Of a DNA stretch of 64,000 nucleotides, positions 8,794 to 18,052 are shown piece by piece (the first letter of the stretch is position 1; each line of letters opens with the position of its first letter). Both the position numbers and the translations under genes were made by a program. The DNA comes from an uncultured Gammaproteobacteria bacterium (GTDB taxonomy: Bacteria; Patescibacteriota; Microgenomatia; UBA8517). The stretch spans positions 71,907 through 135,906 of the forward strand of contig CAZCXV010000001.1 of NCBI GenBank assembly GCA_964502815.1, read 5' to 3'. The notes below the pieces were generated by a model. It did not search any database and was not told the origin of the DNA. It worked only from the letters and a program-made list of their open reading frames with translations.

Positions 8794-9813
8794 TTATTTT
8801 TTCCTTAGATCATCAGATACTCTTTTAAAATCTAATATGAATTTTCTTATATTTGTCGGCTTTGAAAGATTTGTGAATACTTGTTGATCTGATACTGCTC
8901 TCAGTTTTTGAACTATAGTTCTATTTTTAAGAGTATTTGTAATGTTTGTGAGATTCCAGAAAACGGCTTTTGCGATCATTTTTGCACTCTTTAACTGTCC
9001 CTTAAGCAAAAAGGCTATAGATATACCAACAGAAAAAACAAGGTGAAGAGGTAATATATATAATAGATTTGGAAAAGATAAATTTTTAATAAGTGAAATA
9101 ATTCTATTTTTATAGTAGTGGAAGTTAATGTTACCAACGTCAAGCCTTTTAATTGTAAAACCAACTTTATGTTTTATTTTCGCTTCTGGAAAAAAGAGCA
9201 CTCGCCAACCAGCAAGCCAGACTCTCCAGCAAAAGTCACTTTCTTCAAAATATGAAACAAAATAATCGTCAAATAAACCAAGTTTATCTACAACGCTTTT
9301 TCGAATAAGCATACAAGCGCCTTTCGCAGAGAAAATTTCTTTTTCTTTCCCAAATTCAGGTGAGTCTTTTTGGCCAAAACCCCAATGCTCTAAAAAACCA
9401 ATTTTAGTAAAATACGATCCTGCGTTATCAAGGTATCCTGGTTTATCCATCATAAATATCTTTGGTTGCAAAACTCCGATTGTTTTATCGGATTCCATTT
9501 TAGAAACCAAAATATTAAGGAAATTTTTACTTACCTTAGTATCATTATTTAAAAGAAGAACATACTTCCCAGATGTTTTTTTGACACCCTGGTTGTTCGC
9601 AGGCGCAAATCCCAAGTTGTCTCTATTTTTTATAGTAACAGTTTTAATGTTTTTAGCTCTAAAGTTATCGCTCCCATCAGTAGACCCATTATCAACAACA
9701 ATAAGTTCACAATTTTTGTAGGCAATCTCTTCAAGTGAAGAAAGGCAGTCCTTAAATATCTGTCCTCCATTCCAGTTAACAATAATAATTGAAACCAATG
9801 GGTTATTTGTCAT
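8794..9813 (-). CDS. GT2 family glycosyltransferase
   Basis: Motifs VSIIIVNWNGG, VVDNGSTDGS and LLNNDT, the rhamnosyl/WcaA-like GT2 pattern. 339 aa. Confidence 0.6.
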   Translation of the reverse strand: MTNNPLVSIIIVNWNGGQIFKDCLSSLEEIAYKNCELIVVDNGSTDGSDNFRAKNIKTVTIKNRDNLGFAPANNQGVKKTSGKYVLLLNNDTKVSKNFLNILVSKMESDKTIGVLQPKIFMMDKPGYLDNAGSYFTKIGFLEHWGFGQKDSPEFGKEKEIFSAKGACMLIRKSVVDKLGLFDDYFVSYFEESDFCWRVWLAGWRVLFFPEAKIKHKVGFTIKRLDVGNINFHYYKNRIISLIKNLSFPNLLYILPLHLVFSVGISIAFLLKGQLKSAKMIAKAVFWNLTNITNTLKNRTIVQKLRAVSDQQVFTNLSKPTNIRKFILDFKRVSDDLRKK

Positions 9814-10657
9814 AACTTTTAAACATTCTGAAAAAAGTATTTAGAGTTTCAAGAACACCCACTGCACTCATAAAGCCAAATCCGGCAGCAAAGGTTTCTA
9901 AAGTACGTACAAAGAGAAATGGTATAGAGACAAAAGGATTGGTTAAAAATTTTTTCCAATTCTTAAGATAGGCACGTCGTACAATCAGTATACCCTGTTT
10001 TCTGATTAACTCTGGGTGTTTTTGAGCATACGTCGCACTTTTATTCGCGTAATAATACTTTTTTGCTAACTGCTTTAACAGTGTAAGCTGGTGTTCGTGG
10101 TGAAGAATATATTTTTTAGCCCATCCAATCGAATGCTTTTTGGCTATTCGATGTGGTAAATCATAATCCTCTGTCCCAGTTAAATTCTTGTCATATCCAC
10201 CAAATTGCTCAAAAACTTTCTTTTCAAAAAACCTCGCTACTTCGATTGTCTGATCTCCCATATACATTTCTCTTTCAAACCGTCTTATTTTTGCCATGAA
10301 ATTATTCCCAACTGTTTTTTCTGGAACAATTAATGCTTTATTAGCATTGATGTTTGTAATACAACTTTCCACAACCTCTGGTGTTAACTCCATATCTGCG
10401 TCGAGAACGAGAACATATTTACCATTTGCTCTCGAGACTCCAAAATTCCTCTGGACGCTCCTTTCCGCATGCTTTCTGGCAAACACTTGATCAGCTAGTT
10501 TTCTGGCAATCTCTACAGTTCTATCGCTTGATCCGTCATCAACTACAATAGATTCAACATACGGGTACGTCTGTCTTTGAACAGATTCCAAAAATCTTTT
10601 GATGTTTTTCTCCTCATTGAAGGCTGCAACAACGATTGAAACGAGCGGTTTATTCAT
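9803..10657 (-). CDS. GT2 family glycosyltransferase
   Basis: Motifs VSIVVAAFNEEKNI, VVDDGSSDRT and LDADME. 284 aa. Confidence 0.6.
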   Translation of the reverse strand: MNKPLVSIVVAAFNEEKNIKRFLESVQRQTYPYVESIVVDDGSSDRTVEIARKLADQVFARKHAERSVQRNFGVSRANGKYVLVLDADMELTPEVVESCITNINANKALIVPEKTVGNNFMAKIRRFEREMYMGDQTIEVARFFEKKVFEQFGGYDKNLTGTEDYDLPHRIAKKHSIGWAKKYILHHEHQLTLLKQLAKKYYYANKSATYAQKHPELIRKQGILIVRRAYLKNWKKFLTNPFVSIPFLFVRTLETFAAGFGFMSAVGVLETLNTFFRMFKSYDK

Positions 10658-10699
10658 CTTATGCTATTTTACATTAAAGTTGTAGTATAATTCGACCAG

Positions 10700-11647
10700 A
10701 TGACAACTACTACCCCAAACATTTCCTTTATTATCCCAGCCAAAAATGAGGCAGAATCACTTCCGAAGTTATATAGCGAGATTATTTTAGAAGTAAGAAG
10801 ACTGAAGGAAAGCTATGAAATCATCTTTATTGACGACGGGTCAACCGATGAGACCTTTGCAGTTCTTAAAAAGCTTTATGCAAAAGACAAACAAGTAAGA
10901 CTAATTCGCCACAGAGGAAACTGGGGAAAGGCTGCTGCCTTACAAAACGGGTTTCAGATGTCTAGAGGTAACATTTTAATTACCCTTGATGCTGACTTAC
11001 AAGATAATCCCGCTGACATCGAAAAGTTTCTGAAAAAACTTGAGGCAGGTTATGATTTAATCGTTGGTTGGAAAAAAACAAGACATGATCCAATAAGCAA
11101 AATTATATCGTCAAGAGTTTTTAACAAAACTGTAGCCCTATTAACCAAAACCAATCTTCACGATATCAACTGCGGATTCAAGGCTTTTAGAAGGCAAGTT
11201 GTCGAAAATATTGACCTTTACGGAGAACTTTTCCGTTTCTTTCCAATATTGGCAGCTAAACAAAACTTTAAAGTCGGTGAAGTTATTGTTCATCACCGTC
11301 CAAGAAAATTTGGTAAATCCAAATTTGGCTTCGAAAGAAGCATTAAAGGCTTTTTAGACCTCTTAACTATTATATTCTTGACCAATTATACCAAAAAACC
11401 GGGACATTTCTTTGGCATGTTTGGTATGGCGTCATTTGGTTTAGGATTCTTGATCGGTCTTTACATTGTCTATCTTCGTGTCATAACTGGAACTATCCAA
11501 TACAGACATCCACTACTTTTTCTAGGAATGCTTCTTATGATAATAGGTGTGCAGTTGGTTTCAACTGGTCTTCTAGCTGAAATGTTTACCAGCTTCTCAC
11601 AAAGAAGAGGTAATTCTAAAAACTACATTAGTGAAATATTAAAGTAG
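10700..11647 (+). CDS. GT2 polyprenyl-phosphate sugar synthase (GtrB/ArnC-like) with C-terminal TM helices
   Basis: Motifs ISFIIPAKNE, FIDDGSTDET and LDADLQDNP, followed by two C-terminal TM helices. 315 aa. Confidence 0.7.
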   Translation: MTTTTPNISFIIPAKNEAESLPKLYSEIILEVRRLKESYEIIFIDDGSTDETFAVLKKLYAKDKQVRLIRHRGNWGKAAALQNGFQMSRGNILITLDADLQDNPADIEKFLKKLEAGYDLIVGWKKTRHDPISKIISSRVFNKTVALLTKTNLHDINCGFKAFRRQVVENIDLYGELFRFFPILAAKQNFKVGEVIVHHRPRKFGKSKFGFERSIKGFLDLLTIIFLTNYTKKPGHFFGMFGMASFGLGFLIGLYIVYLRVITGTIQYRHPLLFLGMLLMIIGVQLVSTGLLAEMFTSFSQRRGNSKNYISEILK

Positions 11648-11657
11648 GTATAGAAAT

Positions 11658-12365
11658 ATGATCATCTCTCACAAGCACAAGTATATTTTCATAAAGCCAA
11701 AAAAAGTTGCTGGAACAAGTATTGAAATTGCATTTAGTAAGTATCTAGGAGAAAAGGATATCATGCCTGCGCTTACCAGCTATTCCAAATCCCACGACAA
11801 AGATGAATATGATCATAAAGCTCGAAACTCAAACGGATTCTATGACCATACGCCACCAGAGAGAATAAAAAAGCAAATAGGCGAAAAGCTTTGGAACAAG
11901 TACTTCAAAGTTACTGCTATTAGAAATCCCTGGGATCTTGTGGTTTCCAGTTATTTTTGGGAATTAAACAAGAAAGTTAGTTTAAAGGATTATTTCAAAG
12001 TAGTAAATTTGAAAGCTTTAATTTTTGATTATTTAAAGGACTTTAGAAAAATCAGAAGACCAATGAACTTTACAAGTTACATCAAAAATCTGCCCAAATC
12101 ATACGTTAATACAAATTACTACTTTGACTCTAAAGGCAAACCGCTAGCAAACTACTTCATTCGATACGAAAATCTAGAAAACGATTTCAAAAAAGTTTGC
12201 AAAAAAATTGGCATTCCAGCAGAGACGCTTCTTTCCTTAAAATCTAAAACCAGAAACTCTAAGAAACACTACTCGGTCTATTATACAAAAGAAACCAGAG
12301 ATATAGTAGCCAAGATATTTGAAAAAGAAATAACTTACTTTAAGTACAAATTCGAGGCTAAGTGA
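11658..12365 (+). CDS. PAPS-dependent sulfotransferase family protein (putative carbohydrate sulfotransferase)
   Basis: A 5'-PSB-like P-loop KPKKVAGTSIE (PKxGTT-type) and a 3'-PB-like VTAIRNPWDLVVSSYF (RDPxxRxxSxY-type). Both motifs in the correct order and spacing for Sulfotransfer_2-type enzymes. 235 aa. Confidence 0.5.
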   Translation: MIISHKHKYIFIKPKKVAGTSIEIAFSKYLGEKDIMPALTSYSKSHDKDEYDHKARNSNGFYDHTPPERIKKQIGEKLWNKYFKVTAIRNPWDLVVSSYFWELNKKVSLKDYFKVVNLKALIFDYLKDFRKIRRPMNFTSYIKNLPKSYVNTNYYFDSKGKPLANYFIRYENLENDFKKVCKKIGIPAETLLSLKSKTRNSKKHYSVYYTKETRDIVAKIFEKEITYFKYKFEAK

Positions 12366-12375
12366 ACTAGCCATA

Positions 12376-14778
12376 TTACCAAAACTTTTTTATTCTTGCC
12401 TTATAAATATCGACTTCTACAGGATAAGCAAGACAGCCAAGTTTGAATACCGGATTTTTTAATCCTAGAGTGGGCAGTTTGATTGCATATTCTCTAGATA
12501 TTCCATCTGGAATAAGTTGAAATTTTTTCTGATCCCTACCATGACTTTGACTTTCCCAAATAACACAAGCAGAGATACCCTCTTTCATGTAATTTGCCAA
12601 TGAGTCTCGCTCTCTAGAGTTGTTAATATACTTATAGGGACTGTTCATTACATAACCGAGTTTATCAAGATCTAGCTGGACATACTTCGGATCTAAAAGG
12701 ATAATTTCTTGAATTCGTGGTGCGTCAGATTGTGTTTCAGTAACTGTCAGGGTTAGAGTTTTTACCCGCTGTGAAGGAAAAAATATTTTAGCCAAACCAT
12801 CCATGCCCTTGGCATATACATATTCTGTCGGTTTACCATTTATAGCAATATCAAAACCGGTAGGTTTATGGGGTGAATTTTGGAAAAACGCAAATCCTCT
12901 CAAAGTCACTGGATTATTAAACTCAACGTCTATTTTGGGGTAATTTCCGTCGTACCAACTAGCCCGATCATACTCCCAATAGGTTGAATCATCTGCATCA
13001 AAGGCCGCTGAAATTTCATGTTTGAATTTGAAATCCCCTGACAATTTACTAATTTTTTGCCTTATTTTTTTAGAGTCAGTCAAAAGATCGTAATAATAAT
13101 TGATATCTGGAATATAATTGCCTACTCCTCCGTGGCTATATGGCAACGGGAATTCAAACATACTAGCCTTTAGTGTCAAATATACTGTTGAGGGTATATT
13201 TGAATTAAATTTCTGGAGTTTAAATTCTGGTTCTGTGTTTTTGCCAACCCAAGTGCCGCTATTTGCATCCTGGAAAATTTCGGTTTCATAATGCTTACTT
13301 ATATCTTCTACCACCTCATTTTCACTATCCTCAGAAAACAACTCTTTTTTTAGATTTTCAGTTGTATCTATTAAATTGTTTTTCTGATAATAGTAACTAA
13401 AAAACTTATCTCGGACAATGCTTCCTCGTTTCCAATAGTCTATTAGTGTTTCGCTATCTGTTAATAATTCAAAATCGTCTATGTTAGCTTTAAGCGCGTA
13501 ACCAATAGAGGCTTTTGACGGGTAATGACCCACCCTTGTCAGCTCTCCGATTCCTCCAGGACCACGAGGGCCATCCAAAAAAATTACACTGCCCTTAGAT
13601 AACGTTGGGGAATATTTTTTCAACCCTTCGAAAAAATTATGCTTATTTATGCTTATTTGGGTGAGAGTATCTAGATATCTTGAAGTTAAAAAAACATTAG
13701 TTATTACTATTACAATCAATAGCCATTTAGTAATTTCTCTATGCTTGAAGGAAAACGCTCCAAGCAAAAATAAAAAACCGGGATAGAAATAGTAAAAATG
13801 CCTATCCTCTCTACCGATCCACGAAGGTGTTACCATTGCCTTAGGAATAAATTGACCAATAATCCACACTAAGGAAAAAAGTGATAACAATAATATCCTT
13901 TTATTGTTTCGGTTAACAAATGCATAGATAGCACCAGTCAACATTAAAGTTAGTCCTACCAAATATCTCAACCTTTCTGTATATAAAAAACTTAATACCT
14001 CAGGGGTATAGTCTTGCAACCTTTCGGGAATAAGGAAAAAGCTAACAGACGCAAGAAGGTGCTTGAATTTGAGAAATAAATAACTAAACGTTATTTCAGT
14101 ACTTGGCACACTCTTTGTAAAAGTCAGTATTTCTCCACTTTCTGTGTAGGGTAGATATAAATACGTGCGAAAAGTTAATAAACAAAATATCACAATCAAC
14201 AATAACTTGTTTTTCTGCTTAATCTTAAAATCAAGGAGTAACAGCAAGAAGGGGAAAATCAGCAATATATGCCCAGTCGAAAAAACTGTAAAGTATTCCA
14301 AGGAGAAGAAATATACACCAACAGCAACCAAATGATAAAACACTCTCTTATCTTTTGGAAATGAAAGGAACATTAAACTTAAGAGCGACAAGCTAATAGC
14401 AACATTGGCAAGCAAAGCATAGTATCCCAAGACAACATCCTCTCCTCCCATACTCACTAAACCTAAAGCCAATAAAAGTGCAATTGTCTGATTAAAATAT
14501 TTTTTTGAAAAAAGATAAAAAGTAAAACCAAGGACAATTCTAGACAAAAAAGAAAGAGTAAAAAATATCCTGGGCTCATCACCAAAAAATGAATACAAAC
14601 TATTTAGTACAGGACAGATAGTTTTAAAAGGCCAGAGGAACGGACAAATTTGATGTACACCATTGTAGGCCATAGTAAAGGCATCTCCAAAATAATAAAA
14701 GTCTAAAGATTTGTTAATAGCCATGAAGGCAACAACAGCTATTAGTATCGGGGCCAACAGTCTCTTAACCAAATACAT
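12376..14778 (-). CDS. large polytopic membrane protein (GT-C-like) with C-terminal discoidin/F5-8 type C-like carbohydrate-binding domain
   Basis: 800 aa. The N-terminal ~400 aa is multi-TM. The C-terminal soluble part contains …NPVTLRGFAFFQNSPHKPTGFDIAINGKPTEYVYA…, resembling discoidin domains. Confidence 0.35.
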   Translation of the reverse strand: MYLVKRLLAPILIAVVAFMAINKSLDFYYFGDAFTMAYNGVHQICPFLWPFKTICPVLNSLYSFFGDEPRIFFTLSFLSRIVLGFTFYLFSKKYFNQTIALLLALGLVSMGGEDVVLGYYALLANVAISLSLLSLMFLSFPKDKRVFYHLVAVGVYFFSLEYFTVFSTGHILLIFPFLLLLLDFKIKQKNKLLLIVIFCLLTFRTYLYLPYTESGEILTFTKSVPSTEITFSYLFLKFKHLLASVSFFLIPERLQDYTPEVLSFLYTERLRYLVGLTLMLTGAIYAFVNRNNKRILLLSLFSLVWIIGQFIPKAMVTPSWIGREDRHFYYFYPGFLFLLGAFSFKHREITKWLLIVIVITNVFLTSRYLDTLTQISINKHNFFEGLKKYSPTLSKGSVIFLDGPRGPGGIGELTRVGHYPSKASIGYALKANIDDFELLTDSETLIDYWKRGSIVRDKFFSYYYQKNNLIDTTENLKKELFSEDSENEVVEDISKHYETEIFQDANSGTWVGKNTEPEFKLQKFNSNIPSTVYLTLKASMFEFPLPYSHGGVGNYIPDINYYYDLLTDSKKIRQKISKLSGDFKFKHEISAAFDADDSTYWEYDRASWYDGNYPKIDVEFNNPVTLRGFAFFQNSPHKPTGFDIAINGKPTEYVYAKGMDGLAKIFFPSQRVKTLTLTVTETQSDAPRIQEIILLDPKYVQLDLDKLGYVMNSPYKYINNSRERDSLANYMKEGISACVIWESQSHGRDQKKFQLIPDGISREYAIKLPTLGLKNPVFKLGCLAYPVEVDIYKARIKKFW

Positions 14779-15571
14779 ATTCTTTGAATCTGAAGAAATA
14801 CCTTCCTAAGGATCTAAATTCTTTAACTGCCTTTCTTGTTGGAAACGAGAAATATCTTCCTCCTTTGTTGGTTATTGTTTTAGTTTTCTTGTTTGCAATT
14901 TCTTCAATCGCTTCACTTAGGATGGTAGATCCGACTTCAACACAACGCCAATAAAGCGAATCTTCCGTATCGGTTTTGCTAATTTCAACTTTTTTCCTTT
15001 TTATAATTTCTCCCGTATCTATGCCCTTATTTATATAGTGAACACTTATCCCAGAATATTTTTCTTTATTCACGATTGACCAAAATATCGGACTTATTCC
15101 TTTATAATCTGGTAAGTATGCTGGGTGAACATTAATCACTCCCAACTTTGGAATCCTAATAACTGGCTCCTTTAAGATTTGACTAAAAAGTACTGATATC
15201 ACCAGATCTGGCTTCTGTTTTCTAATTAGTTTGATTGACTCAATTGAGTTAATATTTGCAATCGATATCACTTTTATACCTTTATTGCTCGCTTGAGATT
15301 TATAGCTAAAAAATTTATTAGCCTTCAAAAATCCAAATAAGGAGATCATTGATGATAACTGTCTATATATTTGCAGCTTAATCAATTGATTAATAACATA
15401 ACTAAACCCAGATGTTTTCAAATAAAAAGCTAGGGTCTGAAAATTACTTTTATTCTTCAGTTGTGTTGACGGTTCGATTATTAGTTTTATCTGCGTTCCA
15501 TAAGTAGCAATCAAATCCTTCAGAATCTTGTTCGCATAAACATGGTTTACTGTTAATACTATTATTTTCAT
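14765..15571 (-). CDS. formyltransferase family protein (sugar N-formyltransferase / ArnA-FT / Fmt-like)
   Basis: …GVINVHPAYLPDYKGISPIFWSI… matches the formyl_trans_N HxSLLPxxRG-type motif. 268 aa. Adjacent to a GT2 gene. Confidence 0.6.
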   Translation of the reverse strand: MKIIVLTVNHVYANKILKDLIATYGTQIKLIIEPSTQLKNKSNFQTLAFYLKTSGFSYVINQLIKLQIYRQLSSMISLFGFLKANKFFSYKSQASNKGIKVISIANINSIESIKLIRKQKPDLVISVLFSQILKEPVIRIPKLGVINVHPAYLPDYKGISPIFWSIVNKEKYSGISVHYINKGIDTGEIIKRKKVEISKTDTEDSLYWRCVEVGSTILSEAIEEIANKKTKTITNKGGRYFSFPTRKAVKEFRSLGRYFFRFKEYVFG

Positions 15572-15574
15572 TGT

Positions 15575-16303
15575 CTATCTAGGCAAATTCTTACTAAAAA
15601 GCCACAGTTTTTTAAAATAATCAATACTATCAGATACTAAATTGACAGAAGATTGCTTCTCAGGTTTTCTTAGATATATTACTGGAATTTCTGAAACGAC
15701 AAGTCCAGCCCAAACGCTTCTGGTTACGATTTCAGTATCAAAAAACCAACGCCGGTCTTCAATTTTCGAAAGTATCGGGAGAATTTTTTTCCTATTAAAA
15801 AATTTAAATCCTGCCTCGGTATCCTTAAGCTTTATTCCAAGCAACTTATGAACGAGAAAAACATAGCCCTTGCTTAAAACAGCACGGATCAAGTTTGTAG
15901 CACCAACTGTATATATTCGTGTTGCAACAGCTAAATCAGCTCCAGATTTAATATCTGAAACAAACTCTGGAATATGTACTGGAGCTAACTCTAAATCAGT
16001 ATCAATATAACCTACAATCTCACCGCGAGCTTTCTCAATCGCGTCAATTACCGTTCCCCCTCTACCTTTGTTTCGTTTGTGAAAAAACGCTCGCACTCGC
16101 TTATCAGTTTTTGCAAAATCTGAAAATACTTCTGGTGTTGAATCTTTGCTTTTATCATCAAAAAGTATCATTTCCCAAGAGTACCTTGTACTTTCAAGAA
16201 TTCTTTTAACTTTATTAAGATTTTCCAAAAGTCCATCACCTTCATTGTAACCAGTTAATATCACTGAAAGATCTATTATTTTTGTCTTGCTCTTACTCCG
16301 CAT
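15575..16303 (-). CDS. GT2 family glycosyltransferase (DPM1/ArnC-like, short form)
   Basis: Motifs LSVILTGYNEGDGL, LFDDKSKDST and YIDTDLE. 242 aa with no predicted C-terminal TM helix. Immediately downstream of the formyltransferase. Confidence 0.55.
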   Translation of the reverse strand: MRSKSKTKIIDLSVILTGYNEGDGLLENLNKVKRILESTRYSWEMILFDDKSKDSTPEVFSDFAKTDKRVRAFFHKRNKGRGGTVIDAIEKARGEIVGYIDTDLELAPVHIPEFVSDIKSGADLAVATRIYTVGATNLIRAVLSKGYVFLVHKLLGIKLKDTEAGFKFFNRKKILPILSKIEDRRWFFDTEIVTRSVWAGLVVSEIPVIYLRKPEKQSSVNLVSDSIDYFKKLWLFSKNLPR

Positions 16304-16325
16304 GTCAGGTTATTATACACTAAAC

Positions 16326-17150
16326 ATGAAATGCTTTGTCTGCAAGAAAAATAGCTGGGAAAGTCACTACAAGGATCTTTTCCGATGTAGTAACTGCGGC
16401 TTTATAAGAGCTAAAGAAATATATTTTAAGATTAAACCTGAAGAGGTTTATGGCAAGGATTACTTTGACAAAGGACAATATGCAAATTACAAAAAAGAGA
16501 GACTGGCACTGGAACAAAATTTTAAGAACCGCTTGAAGGATATCATAAAACATAAAAGGGAAGGAAAACTTTTGGAAATAGGTTGTGCATATGGATATTT
16601 TCTAAATTTGGCCAAAAAAAATTTCATAATTAGCGGTATTGATGTAAATTCTCAAACAACTAACATTGCTAGTAAATTAACAGGGATAAAAACCCTAACT
16701 GGTGATTTTTTAACTCAAAAATTTTCTAAAAATACCTTTGATGTTGTTTCTCTTTTTGATACAATTGAACACCTTCAAAAACCAAAAGCATATCTTGAGA
16801 AAATACATACACTGTTAAAACCTGGTGGAATTGTGGCAATAGAAACGGGAGACATTGACAGTTTATTAGCTAAAGTTCAAAAAGAGAGATGGAGATTAAT
16901 AGATCCAAGTGTCCACCTTACTTACTTTAGTACCAAAACACTTAGAAATTTACTCGAAAACACCGGCTACCGTATTTTGTCAATAAAAAAAGTTTCCTTT
17001 GCAAGGTCACTTATTCAAATAACCTATCGACTCGGAATAAATAATATATTACGTCATTTAAAATTGAATTTTTTAGAAAAGTTTATTAGTAATAAAAACA
17101 TTAGCATTAATACTTATGACATCATTTTTGTAATCGCACAAAAACAATGA
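16326..17150 (+). CDS. class I SAM-dependent methyltransferase with N-terminal CxxC…CxxC zinc ribbon
   Basis: MKCFVCKK…CSNCGF zinc ribbon, then LLEIGCAYGYFLNL (motif I). The track ORF begins at 16287 but would overlap the divergent GT2 gene. The start at 16326 (MKCFVC) is more plausible. Confidence 0.55.
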   Translation: MKCFVCKKNSWESHYKDLFRCSNCGFIRAKEIYFKIKPEEVYGKDYFDKGQYANYKKERLALEQNFKNRLKDIIKHKREGKLLEIGCAYGYFLNLAKKNFIISGIDVNSQTTNIASKLTGIKTLTGDFLTQKFSKNTFDVVSLFDTIEHLQKPKAYLEKIHTLLKPGGIVAIETGDIDSLLAKVQKERWRLIDPSVHLTYFSTKTLRNLLENTGYRILSIKKVSFARSLIQITYRLGINNILRHLKLNFLEKFISNKNISINTYDIIFVIAQKQ

Positions 17151-18052
17151 AAGCAATTTTTCACAATGATGACTTTGGCCTAACCTATGGTTTTACTGAC
17201 GCCATAAAAGATAGCTTTCAAAATGGCGTTACAACAAGTACAAGCTTAAGAACAAATGGCTTTGCTTACAAATACGCAGTTAAACTTTCCAAAGGACCGC
17301 TTAGAAAAATTGGCTTGGGTTTGCACGTTAATATTACCCAAGGAAAAGCACACACTAAAGGCGAAGTAGAAAAATTTGGTGTATATAAGTATAACTTTCG
17401 AAAACTATTTTTGAAGTTATTTGTTATGAACCTACTTAAAATGAAGCAGGGTGTTTTGCTCAAAGATCTTGAGCGAGAAATTGAAGCTCAGTTTGTAATA
17501 GTACTCAAGAAAGACAAGTTAAAAATTTCCCGAGTTGATGGCCACGATCATATACACATGATCCCTGAAGTCTTTCATATAGTTTGTAAGTTATGCAAAA
17601 AATACAACATCGGCTATATTCGCATCCCAAGAGAACCTTTTTATTTTACAGGTTTTCTGAAACAGGATCTTAAAATGATATTCAGCGACAACCTCTTGAA
17701 AGCTCTTATTTTGACTATTTTGTCTGCGGTAAACATTAAGATTGCCAAATCTTATAAACTTAAAACTGTTGACGCCTATTACGGGCTTCTTAATTCAAAC
17801 AATATGAGCTTTTTGGCCATCAATGCAGCTCTTTTGAATGCTTCAAGAAATAATTACGATACTATAGAAATTAATTCACATCCTGCAATAATTAACGATC
17901 CAAGAGATGTAAACTACGTTGACAATTTTATATCCAAATATGCCAATCTAAACACTAGAGAAATTGAACATCTAGGTCTTAAAAGTCAGTTAGTAAAGAA
18001 AACAATTAAGAAATATAAAATTAAACTGACGAACTGTGAAAATATTATTTGA
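17147..18052 (+). CDS. YdjC/ChbG/HpnK-family carbohydrate deacetylase
   Basis: N-terminal HNDDFGLTYGFTDAIKDSFQNGVTTSTSL and the later DGHDHIHM match YdjC-family metal-binding motifs. 301 aa. Confidence 0.55.
   Translation: MKAIFHNDDFGLTYGFTDAIKDSFQNGVTTSTSLRTNGFAYKYAVKLSKGPLRKIGLGLHVNITQGKAHTKGEVEKFGVYKYNFRKLFLKLFVMNLLKMKQGVLLKDLEREIEAQFVIVLKKDKLKISRVDGHDHIHMIPEVFHIVCKLCKKYNIGYIRIPREPFYFTGFLKQDLKMIFSDNLLKALILTILSAVNIKIAKSYKLKTVDAYYGLLNSNNMSFLAINAALLNASRNNYDTIEINSHPAIINDPRDVNYVDNFISKYANLNTREIEHLGLKSQLVKKTIKKYKIKLTNCENII

Noticed and set aside
10657-10700. TATAAT hexamer 10 nt upstream of the 10700 start, and a TTTACA about 12 nt further upstream, as a possible leaderless promoter in the divergent GT2-GT2 spacer.
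   Set aside because: The spacer between the hexamers is too short (about 12 nt). Hexamer matches are expected by chance in AT-rich spacers.
13638-13659. A 10-bp perfect tandem duplication (atgcttattt ×2) inside the 800-aa membrane protein gene.
   Set aside because: The reading frame is uninterrupted across it, encoding …ISINKH…, and there are only two copies. Not a convincing phase-variable repeat.
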